A DNA stretch of 64,000 nucleotides from Macrostomum hystrix (lineage: Eukaryota; Animalia; Platyhelminthes): contig CATNEN010000015.1 of NCBI GenBank assembly GCA_950097015.1, positions 806,001-870,000 of the forward strand. The letters run 5' to 3'. The position numbers and the translations under genes were made by a program. The stretch's first letter is position 1. Every line of letters starts with the position of its first letter. Below the pieces are notes generated by a model, which worked only from the letters and a program-made list of their open reading frames with translations, searched no databases and was not told the origin of the DNA. Positions 24,723 through 40,300 of this stretch are shown one piece after another.

Positions 24723-25318
24723 TCTAATATACTAAAAATGAAAATCTTGCTTGCTTGTTCGTAATTGATTTTCTCCCGAACGGCTCAACCGATTTTCACC
24801 ATTTCTTCACCAAAAGATGCCAAATATGGGGACAATTATACACGTATTTTTATTAAGCTTAACTTTATTGCTAAAGGGATTAAATATTCGAAAAACAAGA
24901 TTTTTCAAAGGTCAAACATCTTGGCCTATTGAGAATTTTACTCACTGCCACTGAATTAGAATTGCATCGTCAAATTGCGCAACAACCCCTAGCTGATTGA
25001 ATTTGAAGCCTGCACTCTGGAGACAAATTGGAAATAAATGTACACAACCAACCGCGAGACTGAGTGTACTCTATTTTCTTACTTCATTGTACAAAGCCAG
25101 AACTTTGAGAATTCATTTTATAAGGCTGATTTTTGCACCCACTAACCAACAGTCGGAATAGCCGATGTGTAGGCACTAGGAATAAGGTTAGGCTAGGCTA
25201 GGGTTCGATTCTGCACTGCGTCAAATCATTTAGACTAATTTTCAGCCAGTAGTGATTGAAGACTATTTTAATTTATTTTTTTCATTTCGTAAATAAAATA
25301 TCATAAATCATAGCACAC

Positions 25319-28300
25319 CGGCTAAAACAGAGTTTGAATCATGGCTAAACCAGAGTCTGAATCATGGCTAAACCAGAGTCTGAATCATGGCTAAACCAGA
25401 GTCTGAATCATGGCTAAACCAGAGTCTGAATCATGGCTAAACCAGAGTCTGAATCATGGCTAAACCAGAGTCTGAATCATGGCTAAACCAGAGTCTGAAT
25501 CATGGCTAAACCAGAGTCTGGATCATGGCTAAACCAGCGTCTGAATCATGGCTAAACCAGAGTCTGAATCAAGGCTAAACCAGAGTCTGAATCATGGCTA
25601 CACCAGAGTCTGAATCATGGCTACACCAGAGTCTGAATCATGGCTACACCAGAGTCTGAATCATGGCTACACCAGAGTCTGAATCATGGCTAAACCAGAG
25701 TTTGAATCATAGCTAAACCAGAGTCTGAATCATGGCTAAACCAGAGTCTGAATCATTGCTACACCAGAGTCTGAATCATGGCTCATAGCTAAACCAGAGT
25801 CTGAATCATGGCTAAACCAGAGTCTGAATCATGGCTACACCAGAGTCTGAATCATGGCTAAACCAGAGTTTAAATCAAAGCTAAACAAGCGTCTGAATCA
25901 TGGCAAAACCAGAGTTTGAATCATAGCTAAACCAGAGTCTGAATCATGGCTAAACCAGAGTCTGAATCATGGCTAAACCAGAGTCTGAATCATGGCTAAA
26001 CCAGAGTCTGAATCATGGCTAAACCAGAGTCTGAATCATGGCTAAACCAGAGTCTGAATCATGGCTACACCAGAGTCTGAATCATGGCTAAACCAAAGTC
26101 TGAATCATTGCTACACCAGAGTCTGAATCATGGCTCATAGCTAAACCAGAGTCTGAATCATGGCTAAACCAGAGTCTGAATCATGGCTACACCAGAGTCT
26201 GAATCATGGCTAAACCAGAGTTTGAATCATAGCTAAACCAGAGTCTGAATCATGGCTAAACCAGAGTCTGAATCATTGCTACACCAGAGTCTGAATCATG
26301 GCTCATAGCTAAACCAGAGTCTGAATCATGGCTAAACCAGAGTCTGAATCATGGCTACACCAGAGTCTGAATCATGGCTAAACCAGAGTTTAAATCAAAG
26401 CTAAACAAGCGTCTGAATCATGGCAAAACCAGAGTTTCAATCATGGCTAAACCAGAGACTAAATCATGGCTACACCAGGGTTTGAATCATGGCAAAACCA
26501 GAGTTTTAATCATGGCTAAACAAGAGTTTGAATGATGGCTAAACCAGAGTTTGAATCATGGCTAAACAAGCGTCTGAATCATGGCTAAACCAGAGTCTGA
26601 ATCATGGCTAAACCAGAGTTTGAATCATAGCTAAACCAGAGTCTGAATCATGGCTAAACCAGAGTCTGAATCATGGCTAAACCAGAGTCTGAATCATGGC
26701 TAAACCAGAGTCTGAATCATGGCTAAACCAGAGTCTGAATCATGGCTAAACCAGAGTCTGAATCATGGCTAAACCAGAGTCTGAATCATGGCTACACCAG
26801 AGTCTGAATCATGGCTAAACCAAAGTCTGAATCATTGCTACACCAGAGTCTGAATCATGGCTCATAGCTAAACCAGAGTCTGAATCATGGCTAAACCAGA
26901 GTCTGAATCATGGCTACACCAGAGTCTGAATCATGGCTAAACCAGAGTTTAAATCAAAGCTAAACAAGCGTCTGAATCATGGCAAAACCAGAGTTTCAAT
27001 CATGGCTAAACCAGAGACTAAATCATGGCTACACCAGGGTTTGAATCATGGCAAAACCAGAGTTTGAATCATGGCTAAACCAGAGTCTGAATCATGGGTA
27101 AACCAGAGTCTGAATCATGGCTAAACCAGAGTCTGAATCATGGCTAAACCAGAGTCTGAATCATGGCTAAACCAGAGTCTGAATCATGGCTAAACCAGAG
27201 TCTGAATCATGGCTAAACCAGAGTCTGAATCATGGCTAAACCAGAGTCTGAATCATGGCTAAACCAGAGTCTGGATCATGGCTAAACCAGCGTCTGAATC
27301 ATGGCTAAACCAGAGTCTGAATCAAGGCTAAACCAGAGTCTGAATCATGGCTAAACCAGAGTCTGAATCATGGCTACACCAGAGTCTGAATCATGGCTAC
27401 ACCAGAGTCTGAATCATGGCTACACCAGAGTCTGAATCATGGCTAAACCAGAGTTTGAATCATAGCTAAACCAGAGTCTGAATCATGGCTAAACCAGAGT
27501 CTGAATCATTGCTACACCAGAGTCTGAATCATGGCTCATAGCTAAACCAGAGTCTGAATCATGGCTAAACCAGAGTCTGAATCATGGCTACACCAGAGTC
27601 TGAATCATGGCTAAACCAGAGTTTAAATCAAAGCTAAACAAGCGTCTGAATCATGGCAAAACCAGAGTTTGAATCATAGCTAAACCAGAGTCTGAATCAT
27701 GGCTAAACCAGAGTCTGAATCATGGCTAAACCAGAGTCTGAATCATGGCTAAACCAGAGTCTGAATCATGGCTAAACCAGAGTCTGAATCATGGCTAAAC
27801 CAGAGTCTGAATCATGGCTACACCAGAGTCTGAATCATGGCTAAACCAAAGTCTGAATCATTGCTACACCAGAGTCTGAATCATGGCTCATAGCTAAACC
27901 AGAGTCTGAATCATGGCTAAAACAGAGTCTGAATCATGGCTACACCAGAGTCTGAATCATGGCTAAACCAGAGTTTGAATCATAGCTAAACCAGAGTCTG
28001 AATCATGGCTAAACCAGAGTCTGAATCATTGCTACACCAGAGTCTGAATCATGGCTCATAGCTAAACCAGAGTCTGAATCATGGCTAAACCAGAGTCTGA
28101 ATCATGGCTACACCAGAGTCTGAATCATGGCTAAACCAGAGTTTAAATCAAAGCTAAACAAGCGTCTGAATCATGGCAAAACCAGAGTTTCAATCATGGC
28201 TAAACCAGAGACTAAATCATGGCTACACCAGGGTTTGAATCATGGCAAAACCAGAGTTTGAATCATGGCTAAACCAGAGTCTGAATCATGGCTAAACCAG

Positions 28301-31300
28301 AGTCTGAATCATGGCTAAACCAGAGTCTGAATCATGGCTAAACCAGAGTCTGAATCATGACTACACCAGAGTCTGAATCATGGCTAAACCAGAGTTTAAA
28401 TCAAAGCTAAACAAGCGTCTGAATCATGGCAAAACCAGAGTTTCAATCATGGCTAAACCAGAGACTAAATCATGGCTACACCAGGGTTTGAATCATGGCA
28501 AAACCAGAGTTTTAATCATGGCTAAACAAGAGTTTGAATGATGGCTAAACCAGAGTTTGAATCATGGCTAAACAAGCGTCTGAATCATGGCTAAACCAGA
28601 GTCTGAATCATGGCTAAACCAGAGTTTGAATCATAGCTAAACCAGAGTCTGAATCATGGCTAAACCAGAGTCTGAATCATGGCTAAACCAGAGTCTGAAT
28701 CATGGCTAAACCAGAGTCTGAATCATGGCTAAACCAGAGTCTGAATCATGGCTAAACCAGAGTCTGAATCATGGCTAAACCAGAGTCTGAATCATGGCTA
28801 CACCAGAGTCTGAATCATGGCTAAACCAAAGTCTGAATCATTGCTACACCAGAGTCTGAATCATGGCTCATAGCTAAACCAGAGTCTGAATCATGGCTAA
28901 ACCAGAGTCTGAATCATGGCTACACCAGAGTCTGAATCATGGCTAAACCAGAGTTTAAATCAAAGCTAAACAAGCGTCTGAATCATGGCAAAACCAGAGT
29001 TTCAATCATGGCTAAACCAGAGACTAAATCATGGCTACACCAGGGTTTGAATCATGGCAAAACCAGAGTTTGAATCATGGCTAAACCAGAGTCTGAATCA
29101 TGGCTAAACCAGAGTCTGAATCATGGCTAAACCAGAGTCTGAATCATGGCTAAACCAGAGTCTGAATCATTGCTACACCAGAGTCTGAATCATGGCTCAT
29201 AGCTAAACCAGAGTCTGAATCATGGCTAAACCAGAGTCTGAATCATGGCTACACCAGAGTCTGAATCATGGCTAAACCAGAGTTTAAATCAAAGCTAAAC
29301 AAGCGTCTGAATCATGGCAAAACCAGAGTTTGAATCATAGCTAAACCAGAGTCTGAATCATGGCTAAACCAGAGTCTGAATCATGGCTAAACCAGAGTCT
29401 GAATCATGGCTAAACCAGAGTCTGAATCATGGCTAAACCAGAGTCTGAATCATGGCTAAACCAGAGTCTGAATCATGGCTACACCAGAGTCTGAATCATG
29501 GCTAAACCAAAGTCTGAATCATTGCTACACCAGAGTCTGAATCATGGCTCATAGCTAAACCAGAGTCTGAATCATGGCTAAACCAGAGTCTGAATCATGG
29601 CTACACCAGAGTCTGAATCATGGCTAAACCAGAGTTTGAATCATGGCTCATAGCTAAACCAGAGTCTGAATCATGGCTAAACCAGAGTCTGAATCATGGC
29701 TACACCAGAGTCTGAATCATGGCTAAACCAGAGTCTGAATCATGGCTAAACCAGAGTCTGAATCATGGCTAAACCAGAGTCTGAATCATGGCTAAACCAG
29801 AGTCTGAATCATGGCTAAACCAGAGTCTGAATCATGGCTAAACCAGAGTCTGAATCATGGCTAAACCAGAGTCTGAATCATGGCTAAACCAGAGTCTGAA
29901 TCATGGCTAAACCAGAGTCTGGATCATGGCTAAACCAGCGTCTGAATCATGGCTAAACCAGAGTCTGAATCAAGGCTAAACCAGAGTCTGAATCATGGCT
30001 AAACCAGAGTCTGAATCATGGCTACACCAGAGTCTGAATCATGGCTACACCAGAGTCTGAATCATGGCTACACCAGAGTCTGAATCATGGCTAAACCAGA
30101 GTTTGAATCATAGCTAAACCAGAGTCTGAATCATGGCTAAACCAGAGTCTGAATCATTGCTACACCAGAGTCTGAATCATGGCTCATAGCTAAACCAGAG
30201 TCTGAATCATGGCTAAACCAGAGTCTGAATCATGGCTACACCAGAGTCTGAATCATGGCTAAACCAGAGTTTAAATCAAAGCTAAACAAGCGTCTGAATC
30301 ATGGCAAAACCAGAGTTTGAATCATAGCTAAACCAGAGTCTGAATCATGGCTAAACCAGAGTCTGAATCATGGCTAAACCAGAGTCTGAATCATGGCTAA
30401 ACCAGAGTCTGAATCATGGCTAAACCAGAGTCTGAATCATGGCTAAACCAGAGTCTGAATCATGGCTACACCAGAGTCTGAATCATGGCTAAACCAAAGT
30501 CTGAATCATTGCTACACCAGAGTCTGAATCATGGCTCATAGCTAAACCAGAGTCTGAATCATGGCTAAAACAGAGTCTGAATCATGGCTACACCAGAGTC
30601 TGAATCATGGCTAAACCAGAGTTTGAATCATAGCTAAACCAGAGTCTGAATCATGGCTAAACCAGAGTCTGAATCATTGCTACACCAGAGTCTGAATCAT
30701 GGCTCATAGCTAAACCAGAGTCTGAATCATGGCTAAACCAGAGTCTGAATCATGGCTACACCAGAGTCTGAATCATGGCTAAACCAGAGTTTAAATCAAA
30801 GCTAAACAAGCGTCTGAATCATGGCAAAACCAGAGTTTCAATCATGGCTAAACCAGAGACTAAATCATGGCTACACCAGGGTTTGAATCATGGCAAAACC
30901 AGAGTTTGAATCATGGCTAAACCAGAGTCTGAATCATGGCTAAACCAGAGTCTGAATCATGGCTAAACCAGAGTCTGAATCATGGCTAAACCAGAGTCTG
31001 AATCATGGCTACACCAGAGTCTGAATCATGGCTAAACCAGAGTTTAAATCAAAGCTAAACAAGCGTCTGAATCATGGCAAAACCAGAGTTTCAATCATGG
31101 CTAAACCAGAGACTAAATCATGGCTACACCAGGGTTTGAATCATGGCAAAACCAGAGTTTTAATCATGGCTAAACAAGAGTTTGAATGATGGCTAAACCA
31201 GAGTTTGAATCATGGCTAAACAAGCGTCTGAATCATGGCTAAACCAGAGTCTGAATCATGGCTAAACCAGAGTTTGAATCATAGCTAAACCAGAGTCTGA

Positions 31301-34300
31301 ATCATGGCTAAACCAGAGTCTGAATCATGGCTAAACCAGAGTCTGAATCATGGCTAAACCAGAGTCTGAATCATGGCTAAACCAGAGTCTGAATCATGGC
31401 TAAACCAGAGTCTGAATCATGGCTAAACCAGAGTCTGAATCATGGCTACACCAGAGTCTGAATCATGGCTAAACCAAAGTCTGAATCATTGCTACACCAG
31501 AGTCTGAATCATGGCTCATAGCTAAACCAGAGTCTGAATCATGGCTAAACCAGAGTCTGAATCATGGCTACACCAGAGTCTGAATCATGGCTAAACCAGA
31601 GTTTAAATCAAAGCTAAACAAGCGTCTGAATCATGGCAAAACCAGAGTTTCAATCATGGCTAAACCAGAGACTAAATCATGGCTACACCAGGGTTTGAAT
31701 CATGGCAAAACCAGAGTTTGAATCATGGCTAAACCAGAGTCTGAATCATGGCTAAACCAGAGTCTGAATCATGGCTAAACCAGAGTCTGAATCATGGCTA
31801 AACCAGAGTCTGAATCATGGCTAAACCAGAGTCTGAATCATGGCTAAACCAGAGTCTGAATCATGGCTAAACCAGAGTCTGAATCATGGCTAAACCAGAG
31901 TCTGAATCATGGCTAAACCAGAGTCTGGATCATGGCTAAACCAGCGTCTGAATCATGGCTAAACCAGAGTCTGAATCAAGGCTAAACCAGAGTCTGAATC
32001 ATGGCTAAACCAGAGTCTGAATCATGGCTACACCAGAGTCTGAATCATGGCTACACCAGAGTCTGAATCATGGCTACACCAGAGTCTGAATCATGGCTAA
32101 ACCAGAGTTTGAATCATAGCTAAACCAGAGTCTGAATCATGGCTAAACCAGAGTCTGAATCATTGCTACACCAGAGTCTGAATCATGGCTCATAGCTAAA
32201 CCAGAGTCTGAATCATGGCTAAACCAGAGTCTGAATCATGGCTACACCAGAGTCTGAATCATGGCTAAACCAGAGTTTAAATCAAAGCTAAACAAGCGTC
32301 TGAATCATGGCAAAACCAGAGTTTGAATCATAGCTAAACCAGAGTCTGAATCATGGCTAAACCAGAGTCTGAATCATGGCTAAACCAGAGTCTGAATCAT
32401 GGCTAAACCAGAGTCTGAATCATGGCTAAACCAGAGTCTGAATCATGGCTAAACCAGAGTCTGAATCATGGCTACACCAGAGTCTGAATCATGGCTAAAC
32501 CAAAGTCTGAATCATTGCTACACCAGAGTCTGAATCATGGCTCATAGCTAAACCAGAGTCTGAATCATGGCTAAACCAGAGTCTGAATCATGGCTACACC
32601 AGAGTCTGAATCATGGCTAAACCAGAGTTTGAATCATAGCTAAACCAGAGTCTGAATCATGGCTAAACCAGAGTCTGAATCATTGCTACACCAGAGTCTG
32701 AATCATGGCTCATAGCTAAACCAGAGTCTGAATCATGGCTAAACCAGAGTCTGAATCATGGCTACACCAGAGTCTGAATCATGGCTAAACCAGAGTTTAA
32801 ATCAAAGCTAAACAAGCGTCTGAATCATGGCAAAACCAGAGTTTCAATCATGGCTAAACCAGAGACTAAATCATGGCTACACCAGGGTTTGAATCATGGC
32901 AAAACCAGAGTTTTAATCATGGCTAAACAAGAGTTTGAATGATGGCTAAACCAGAGTTTGAATCATGGCTAAACAAGCGTCTGAATCATGGCTAAACCAG
33001 AGTCTGAATCATGGCTAAACCAGAGTTTGAATCATAGCTAAACCAGAGTCTGAATCATGGCTAAACCAGAGTCTGAATCATGGCTAAACCAGAGTCTGAA
33101 TCATGGCTAAACCAGAGTCTGAATCATGGCTAAACCAGAGTCTGAATCATGGCTAAACCAGAGTCTGAATCATGGCTAAACCAGAGTCTGAATCATGGCT
33201 ACACCAGAGTCTGAATCATGGCTAAACCAAAGTCTGAATCATTGCTACACCAGAGTCTGAATCATGGCTCATAGCTAAACCAGAGTCTGAATCATGGCTA
33301 AACCAGAGTCTGAATCATGGCTACACCAGAGTCTGAATCATGGCTAAACCAGAGTTTAAATCAAAGCTAAACAAGCGTCTGAATCATGGCAAAACCAGAG
33401 TTTCAATCATGGCTAAACCAGAGACTAAATCATGGCTACACCAGGGTTTGAATCATGGCAAAACCAGAGTTTGAATCATGGCTAAACCAGAGTCTGAATC
33501 ATGGCTAAACCAGAGTCTGAATCATGGCTAAACCAGAGTCTGAATCATGGCTAAACCAGAGTCTGAATCATGGCTAAACCAGAGTCTGAATCATGGCTAA
33601 ACCAGAGTCAGAATCATGGCTAAACCAGAGTCTGAATCATGGCTAAACCAGAGTCTGAATCATGGCTAAACCAGAGTCTGGATCATGGCTAAACCAGCGT
33701 CTGAATCATGGCTAAACCAGAGTCTGAATCAAGGCTAAACCAGAGTCTGAATCATGGCTAAACCAGAGTCTGAATCATGGCTACACCAGAGTCTGAATCA
33801 TGGCTACACCAGAGTCTGAATCATGGCTACACCAGAGTCTGAATCATGGCTAAACCAGAGTTTGAATCATAGCTAAACCAGAGTCTGAATCATGGCTAAA
33901 CCAGAGTCTGAATCATTGCTACACCAGAGTCTGAATCATGGCTCATAGCTAAACCAGAGTCTGAATCATGGCTAAACCAGAGTCTGAATCATGGCTACAC
34001 CAGAGTCTGAATCATGGCTAAACCAGAGTTTAAATCAAAGCTAAACAAGCGTCTGAATCATGGCAAAACCAGAGTTTGAATCATAGCTAAACCAGAGTCT
34101 GAATCATGGCTAAACCAGAGTCTGAATCATGGCTAAACCAGAGTCTGAATCATGGCTAAACCAGAGTCTGAATCATGGCTAAACCAGAGTCTGAATCATG
34201 GCTAAACCAGAGTCTGAATCATGGCTACACCAGAGTCTGAATCATGGCTAAACCAAAGTCTGAATCATTGCTACACCAGAGTCTGAATCATGGCTCATAG

Positions 34301-37300
34301 CTAAACCAGAGTCTGAATCATGGCTAAACCAGAGTCTGAATCATAGCTAAACCAGAGTCTGAATCATGGCTAAACCAGAGTCTGAATCATTGCTACACCA
34401 GAGTCTGAATCATGGCTCATAGCTAAACCAGAGTCTGAATCATGGCTAAACCAGAGTCTGAATCATGGCTACACCAGAGTCTGAATCATGGCTAAACCAG
34501 AGTTTAAATCAAAGCTAAACAAGCGTCTGAATCATGGCAAAACCAGAGTTTGAATCATAGCTAAACCAGAGTCTGAATCATGGCTAAACCAGAGTCTGAA
34601 TCATGGCTAAACCAGAGTCTGAATCATGGCTAAACCAGAGTCTGAATCATGGCTAAACCAGAGTCTGAATCATGGCTAAACCAGAGTCTGAATCATGGCT
34701 ACACCAGAGTCTGAATCATGGCTAAACCAAAGTCTGAATCATTGCTACACCAGAGTCTGAATCATGGCTCATAGCTAAACCAGAGTCTGAATCATGGCTA
34801 AACCAGAGTCTGAATCATGGCTACACCAGAGTCTGAATCATGGCTAAACCAGAGTTTGAATCATAGCTAAACCAGAGTCTGAATCATGGCTAAACCAGAG
34901 TCTGAATCATTGCTACACCAGAGTCTGAATCATGGCTCATAGCTAAACCAGAGTCTGAATCATGGCTAAACCAGAGTCTGAATCATGGCTACACCAGAGT
35001 CTGAATCATGGCTAAACCAGAGTTTAAATCAAAGCTAAACAAGCGTCTGAATCATGGCAAAACCAGAGTTTCAATCATGGCTAAACCAGAGACTAAATCA
35101 TGGCTACACCAGGGTTTGAATCATGGCAAAACCAGAGTTTTAATCATGGCTAAACAAGAGTTTGAATGATGGCTAAACCAGAGTTTGAATCATGGCTAAA
35201 CAAGCGTCTGAATCATGGCTAAACCAGAGTCTGAATCATGGCTAAACCAGAGTTTGAATCATAGCTAAACCAGAGTCTGAATCATGGCTAAACCAGAGTC
35301 TGAATCATGGCTAAACCAGAGTCTGAATCATGGCTAAACCAGAGTCTGAATCATGGCTAAACCAGAGTCTGAATCATGGCTAAACCAGAGTCTGAATCAT
35401 GGCTAAACCAGAGTCTGAATCATGGCTACACCAGAGTCTGAATCATGGCTAAACCAAAGTCTGAATCATTGCTACACCAGAGTCTGAATCATGGCTCATA
35501 GCTAAACCAGAGTCTGAATCATGGCTAAACCAGAGTCTGAATCATGGCTACACCAGAGTCTGAATCATGGCTAAACCAGAGTTTAAATCAAAGCTAAACA
35601 AGCGTCTGAATCATGGCAAAACCAGAGTTTCAATCATGGCTAAACCAGAGACTAAATCATGGCTACACCAGGGTTTGAATCATGGCAAAACCAGAGTTTG
35701 AATCATGGCTAAACCAGAGTCTGAATCATGGCTAAACCAGAGTCTGAATCATGGCTAAACCAGAGTCTGAATCATGGCTAAACCAGAGTCTGAATCATGG
35801 CTAAACCAGAGTCTGAATCATGGCTAAACCAGAGTCTGAATCATGGCTAAACCAGAGTCTGAATCATGGCTAAACCAGAGTCTGAATCATGGCTAAACCA
35901 GAGTCTGGATCATGGCTAAACCAGCGTCTGAATCATGGCTAAACCAGAGTCTGAATCAAGGCTAAACCAGAGTCTGAATCATGGCTAAACCAGAGTCTGA
36001 ATCATGGCTACACCAGAGTCTGAATCATGGCTACACCAGAGTCTGAATCATGGCTACACCAGAGTCTGAATCATGGCTAAACCAGAGTTTGAATCATAGC
36101 TAAACCAGAGTCTGAATCATGGCTAAACCAGAGTCTGAATCATTGCTACACCAGAGTCTGAATCATGGCTCATAGCTAAACCAGAGTCTGAATCATGGCT
36201 AAACCAGAGTCTGAATCATGGCTACACCAGAGTCTGAATCATGGCTAAACCAGAGTTTAAATCAAAGCTAAACAAGCGTCTGAATCATGGCAAAACCAAA
36301 GTCTGAATCATTGCTACACCAGAGTCTGAATCATGGCTCATAGCTAAACCAGAGTCTGAATCATGGCTAAACCAGAGTCTGAATCATGGCTACACCAGAG
36401 TCTGAATCATGGCTAAACCAGAGTTTAAATCAAAGCTAAACAAGCGTCTGAATCATGGCAAAACCAGAGTTTCAATCATGGCTAAACCAGAGACTAAATC
36501 ATGGCTACACCAGGGTTTGAATCATGGCAAAACCAGAGTTTGAATCATGGCTAAACCAGAGTCTGAATCATGGCTAAACCAGAGTCTGAATCATGGCTAA
36601 ACCAGAGTCTGAATCATGGCTAAACCAGAGTCTGAATCATGGCTAAACCAGAGTCTGAATCATGGCTAAACCAGAGTCAGAATCATGGCTAAACCAGAGT
36701 CTGAATCATGGCTAAACCAGAGTCTGAATCATGGCTAAACCAGAGTCTGGATCATGGCTAAACCAGCGTCTGAATCATGGCTAAACCAGAGTCTGAATCA
36801 AGGCTAAACCAGAGTCTGAATCATGGCTAAACCAGAGTCTGAATCATGGCTACACCAGAGTCTGAATCATGGCTACACCAGAGTCTGAATCATGGCTACA
36901 CCAGAGTCTGAATCATGGCTAAACCAGAGTTTGAATCATAGCTAAACCAGAGTCTGAATCATGGCTAAACCAGAGTCTGAATCATTGCTACACCAGAGTC
37001 TGAATCATGGCTCATAGCTAAACCAGAGTCTGAATCATGGCTAAACCAGAGTCTGAATCATGGCTACACCAGAGTCTGAATCATGGCTAAACCAGAGTTT
37101 AAATCAAAGCTAAACAAGCGTCTGAATCATGGCAAAACCAGAGTTTGAATCATAGCTAAACCAGAGTCTGAATCATGGCTAAACCAGAGTCTGAATCATG
37201 GCTAAACCAGAGTCTGAATCATGGCTAAACCAGAGTCTGAATCATGGCTAAACCAGAGTCTGAATCATGGCTAAACCAGAGTCTGAATCATGGCTACACC

Positions 37301-40300
37301 AGAGTCTGAATCATGGCTAAACCAAAGTCTGAATCATTGCTACACCAGAGTCTGAATCATGGCTCATAGCTAAACCAGAGTCTGAATCATGGCTAAACCA
37401 GAGTCTGAATCATAGCTAAACCAGAGTCTGAATCATGGCTAAACCAGAGTCTGAATCATTGCTACACCAGAGTCTGAATCATGGCTCATAGCTAAACCAG
37501 AGTCTGAATCATGGCTAAACCAGAGTCTGAATCATGGCTACACCAGAGTCTGAATCATGGCTAAACCAGAGTTTAAATCAAAGCTAAACAAGCGTCTGAA
37601 TCATGGCAAAACCAGAGTTTGAATCATAGCTAAACCAGAGTCTGAATCATGGCTAAACCAGAGTCTGAATCATGGCTAAACCAGAGTCTGAATCATGGCT
37701 AAACCAGAGTCTGAATCATGGCTAAACCAGAGTCTGAATCATGGCTAAACCAGAGTCTGAATCATGGCTACACCAGAGTCTGAATCATGGCTAAACCAAA
37801 GTCTGAATCATTGCTACACCAGAGTCTGAATCATGGCTCATAGCTAAACCAGAGTCTGAATCATGGCTAAACCAGAGTCTGAATCATGGCTACACCAGAG
37901 TCTGAATCATGGCTAAACCAGAGTTTGAATCATAGCTAAACCAGAGTCTGAATCATGGCTAAACCAGAGTCTGAATCATTGCTACACCAGAGTCTGAATC
38001 ATGGCTCATAGCTAAACCAGAGTCTGAATCATGGCTAAACCAGAGTCTGAATCATGGCTACACCAGAGTCTGAATCATGGCTAAACCAGAGTTTAAATCA
38101 AAGCTAAACAAGCGTCTGAATCATGGCAAAACCAGAGTTTCAATCATGGCTAAACCAGAGACTAAATCATGGCTACACCAGGGTTTGAATCATGGCAAAA
38201 CCAGAGTTTTAATCATGGCTAAACAAGAGTTTGAATGATGGCTAAACCAGAGTTTGAATCATGGCTAAACAAGCGTCTGAATCATGGCTAAACCAGAGTC
38301 TGAATCATGGCTAAACCAGAGTTTGAATCATAGCTAAACCAGAGTCTGAATCATGGCTAAACCAGAGTCTGAATCATGGCTAAACCAGAGTCTGAATCAT
38401 GGCTAAACCAGAGTCTGAATCATGGCTAAACCAGAGTCTGAATCATGGCTAAACCAGAGTCTGAATCATGGCTAAACCAGAGTCTGAATCATGGCTACAC
38501 CAGAGTCTGAATCATGGCTAAACCAAAGTCTGAATCATTGCTACACCAGAGTCTGAATCATGGCTCATAGCTAAACCAGAGTCTGAATCATGGCTAAACC
38601 AGAGTCTGAATCATGGCTACACCAGAGTCTGAATCATGGCTAAACCAGAGTTTAAATCAAAGCTAAACAAGCGTCTGAATCATGGCAAAACCAGAGTTTC
38701 AATCATGGCTAAACCAGAGACTAAATCATGGCTACACCAGGGTTTGAATCATGGCAAAACCAGAGTTTGAATCATGGCTAAACCAGAGTCTGAATCATGG
38801 CTAAACCAGAGTCTGAATCATGGCTAAACCAGAGTCTGAATCATGGCTAAACCAGAGTCTGAATCATGGCTAAACCAGAGTCTGAATCATGGCTAAACCA
38901 GAGTCTGAATCATGGCTAAACCAGAGTCTGAATCATGGCTAAACCAGAGTCTGAATCATGGCTAAACCAGAGTCTGGATCATGGCTAAACCAGCGTCTGA
39001 ATCATGGCTAAACCAGAGTCTGAATCAAGGCTAAACCAGAGTCTGAATCATGGCTAAACCAGAGTCTGAATCATGGCTACACCAGAGTCTGAATCATGGC
39101 TACACCAGAGTCTGAATCATGGCTACACCAGAGTCTGAATCATGGCTAAACCAGAGTTTGAATCATAGCTAAACCAGAGTCTGAATCATGGCTAAACCAG
39201 AGTCTGAATCATTGCTACACCAGAGTCTGAATCATGGCTCATAGCTAAACCAGAGTCTGAATCATGGCTAAACCAGAGTCTGAATCATGGCTACACCAGA
39301 GTCTGAATCATGGCTAAACCAGAGTTTAAATCAAAGCTAAACAAGCGTCTGAATCATGGCAAAACCAGAGTTTGAATCATAGCTAAACCAGAGTCTGAAT
39401 CATGGCTAAACCAGAGTCTGAATCATGGCTAAACCAGAGTCTGAATCATGGCTAAACCAGAGTCTGAATCATGGCTAAACCAGAGTCTGAATCATGGCTA
39501 AACCAGAGTCTGAATCATGGCTACACCAGAGTCTGAATCATGGCTAAACCAAAGTCTGAATCATTGCTACACCAGAGTCTGAATCATGGCTCATAGCTAA
39601 ACCAGAGTCTGAATCATGGCTAAAACAGAGTCTGAATCATGGCTACACCAGAGTCTGAATCATGGCTAAACCAGAGTTTGAATCATAGCTAAACCAGAGT
39701 CTGAATCATGGCTAAACCAGAGTCTGAATCATTGCTACACCAGAGTCTGAATCATGGCTCATAGCTAAACCAGAGTCTGAATCATGGCTAAACCAGAGTC
39801 TGAATCATGGCTACACCAGAGTCTGAATCATGGCTAAACCAGAGTTTAAATCAAAGCTAAACAAGCGTCTGAATCATGGCAAAACCAGAGTTTCAATCAT
39901 GGCTAAACCAGAGACTAAATCATGGCTACACCAGGGTTTGAATCATGGCAAAACCAGAGTTTGAATCATGGCTAAACCAGAGTCTGAATCATGGCTAAAC
40001 CAGAGTCTGAATCATGGCTAAACCAGAGTCTGAATCATGGCTAAACCAGAGTCTGAATCATGGCTACACCAGAGTCTGAATCATGGCTAAACCAGAGTTT
40101 AAATCAAAGCTAAACAAGCGTCTGAATCATGGCAAAACCAGAGTTTCAATCATGGCTAAACCAGAGACTAAATCATGGCTACACCAGGGTTTGAATCATG
40201 GCTAAACCAGAGTCTGAATCATGGCTAAACCAGAGTCTGAATCATGGCTAAACCAGAGTCTGAATCATGGCTAAACCAGAGTCTGGATCATGGCTAAACC

